A stretch of DNA of 60,903 nt, from positions 1 through 60,903 of the forward strand of contig CALKEP010000007.1 in assembly GCA_938084645.1 (NCBI GenBank), in the 5' to 3' direction. Below the pieces are notes generated by a model. That model was not told where the DNA came from. It did no database searches and saw only the letters and a program-made list of their open reading frames with translations. The stretch is from an uncultured Phycisphaerales bacterium (GTDB lineage Bacteria; Planctomycetota; Phycisphaerae; Phycisphaerales; SM1A02). A program made the position numbers and the translations under genes. Positions 60,863 through 60,903 of this stretch are shown here, in pieces; the first letter of the stretch is position 1; every line of letters starts with the position of its first letter.

Positions 60863-60903
60863 GAAACCGACCGGTCCACGGTTGATCTGCCGACCGAACG
60901 CCG

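Overview
High-GC bacterial chromosomal segment, by inference from Planctomycetota, class Phycisphaerae. The inference rests on C-terminal dockerin-like tags on many secreted proteins, a prepilin protein with an x9-DG tail, HEAT-repeat lipoproteins and mreBCD. Much of it is housekeeping: trpA, lexA, dxs, ispA, ispG, topA, miaA, pgk, rpe, accD, lnt, mreBCD, polA, tRNA-Gly(TCC) and tRNA-Asp(GTC). I see no mobile element, prophage or CRISPR array. Main points of interest: (1) a non-cellulosomal cohesin/dockerin set, made of one small secreted cohesin+dockerin protein and five other dockerin-tagged secreted proteins (S8 subtilase, beta-helix, NHL propeller, and two tandem proteins built from a 10-Cys repeat); (2) TANNNT -10 hexamers 6-9 nt before about ten start codons, suggesting leaderless mRNAs, including a symmetric bidirectional promoter in a 21-bp gap; (3) a HEAT lipoprotein, coiled-coil and small membrane protein cluster directly ahead of mreBCD, with a possible AUC start for mreC; (4) unusual domain combinations, such as a secreted CX5R phosphatase-fold/cytochrome c' fusion, an orphan ExbB coupled to an FHA-GAF-PP2C phosphatase, and a rubrerythrin-less MbfA-type VIT protein paired with a Zn-ribbon microprotein. 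All functional calls are from motif recognition by eye; no searches were run. Many starts were trimmed from the supplied ORF track.
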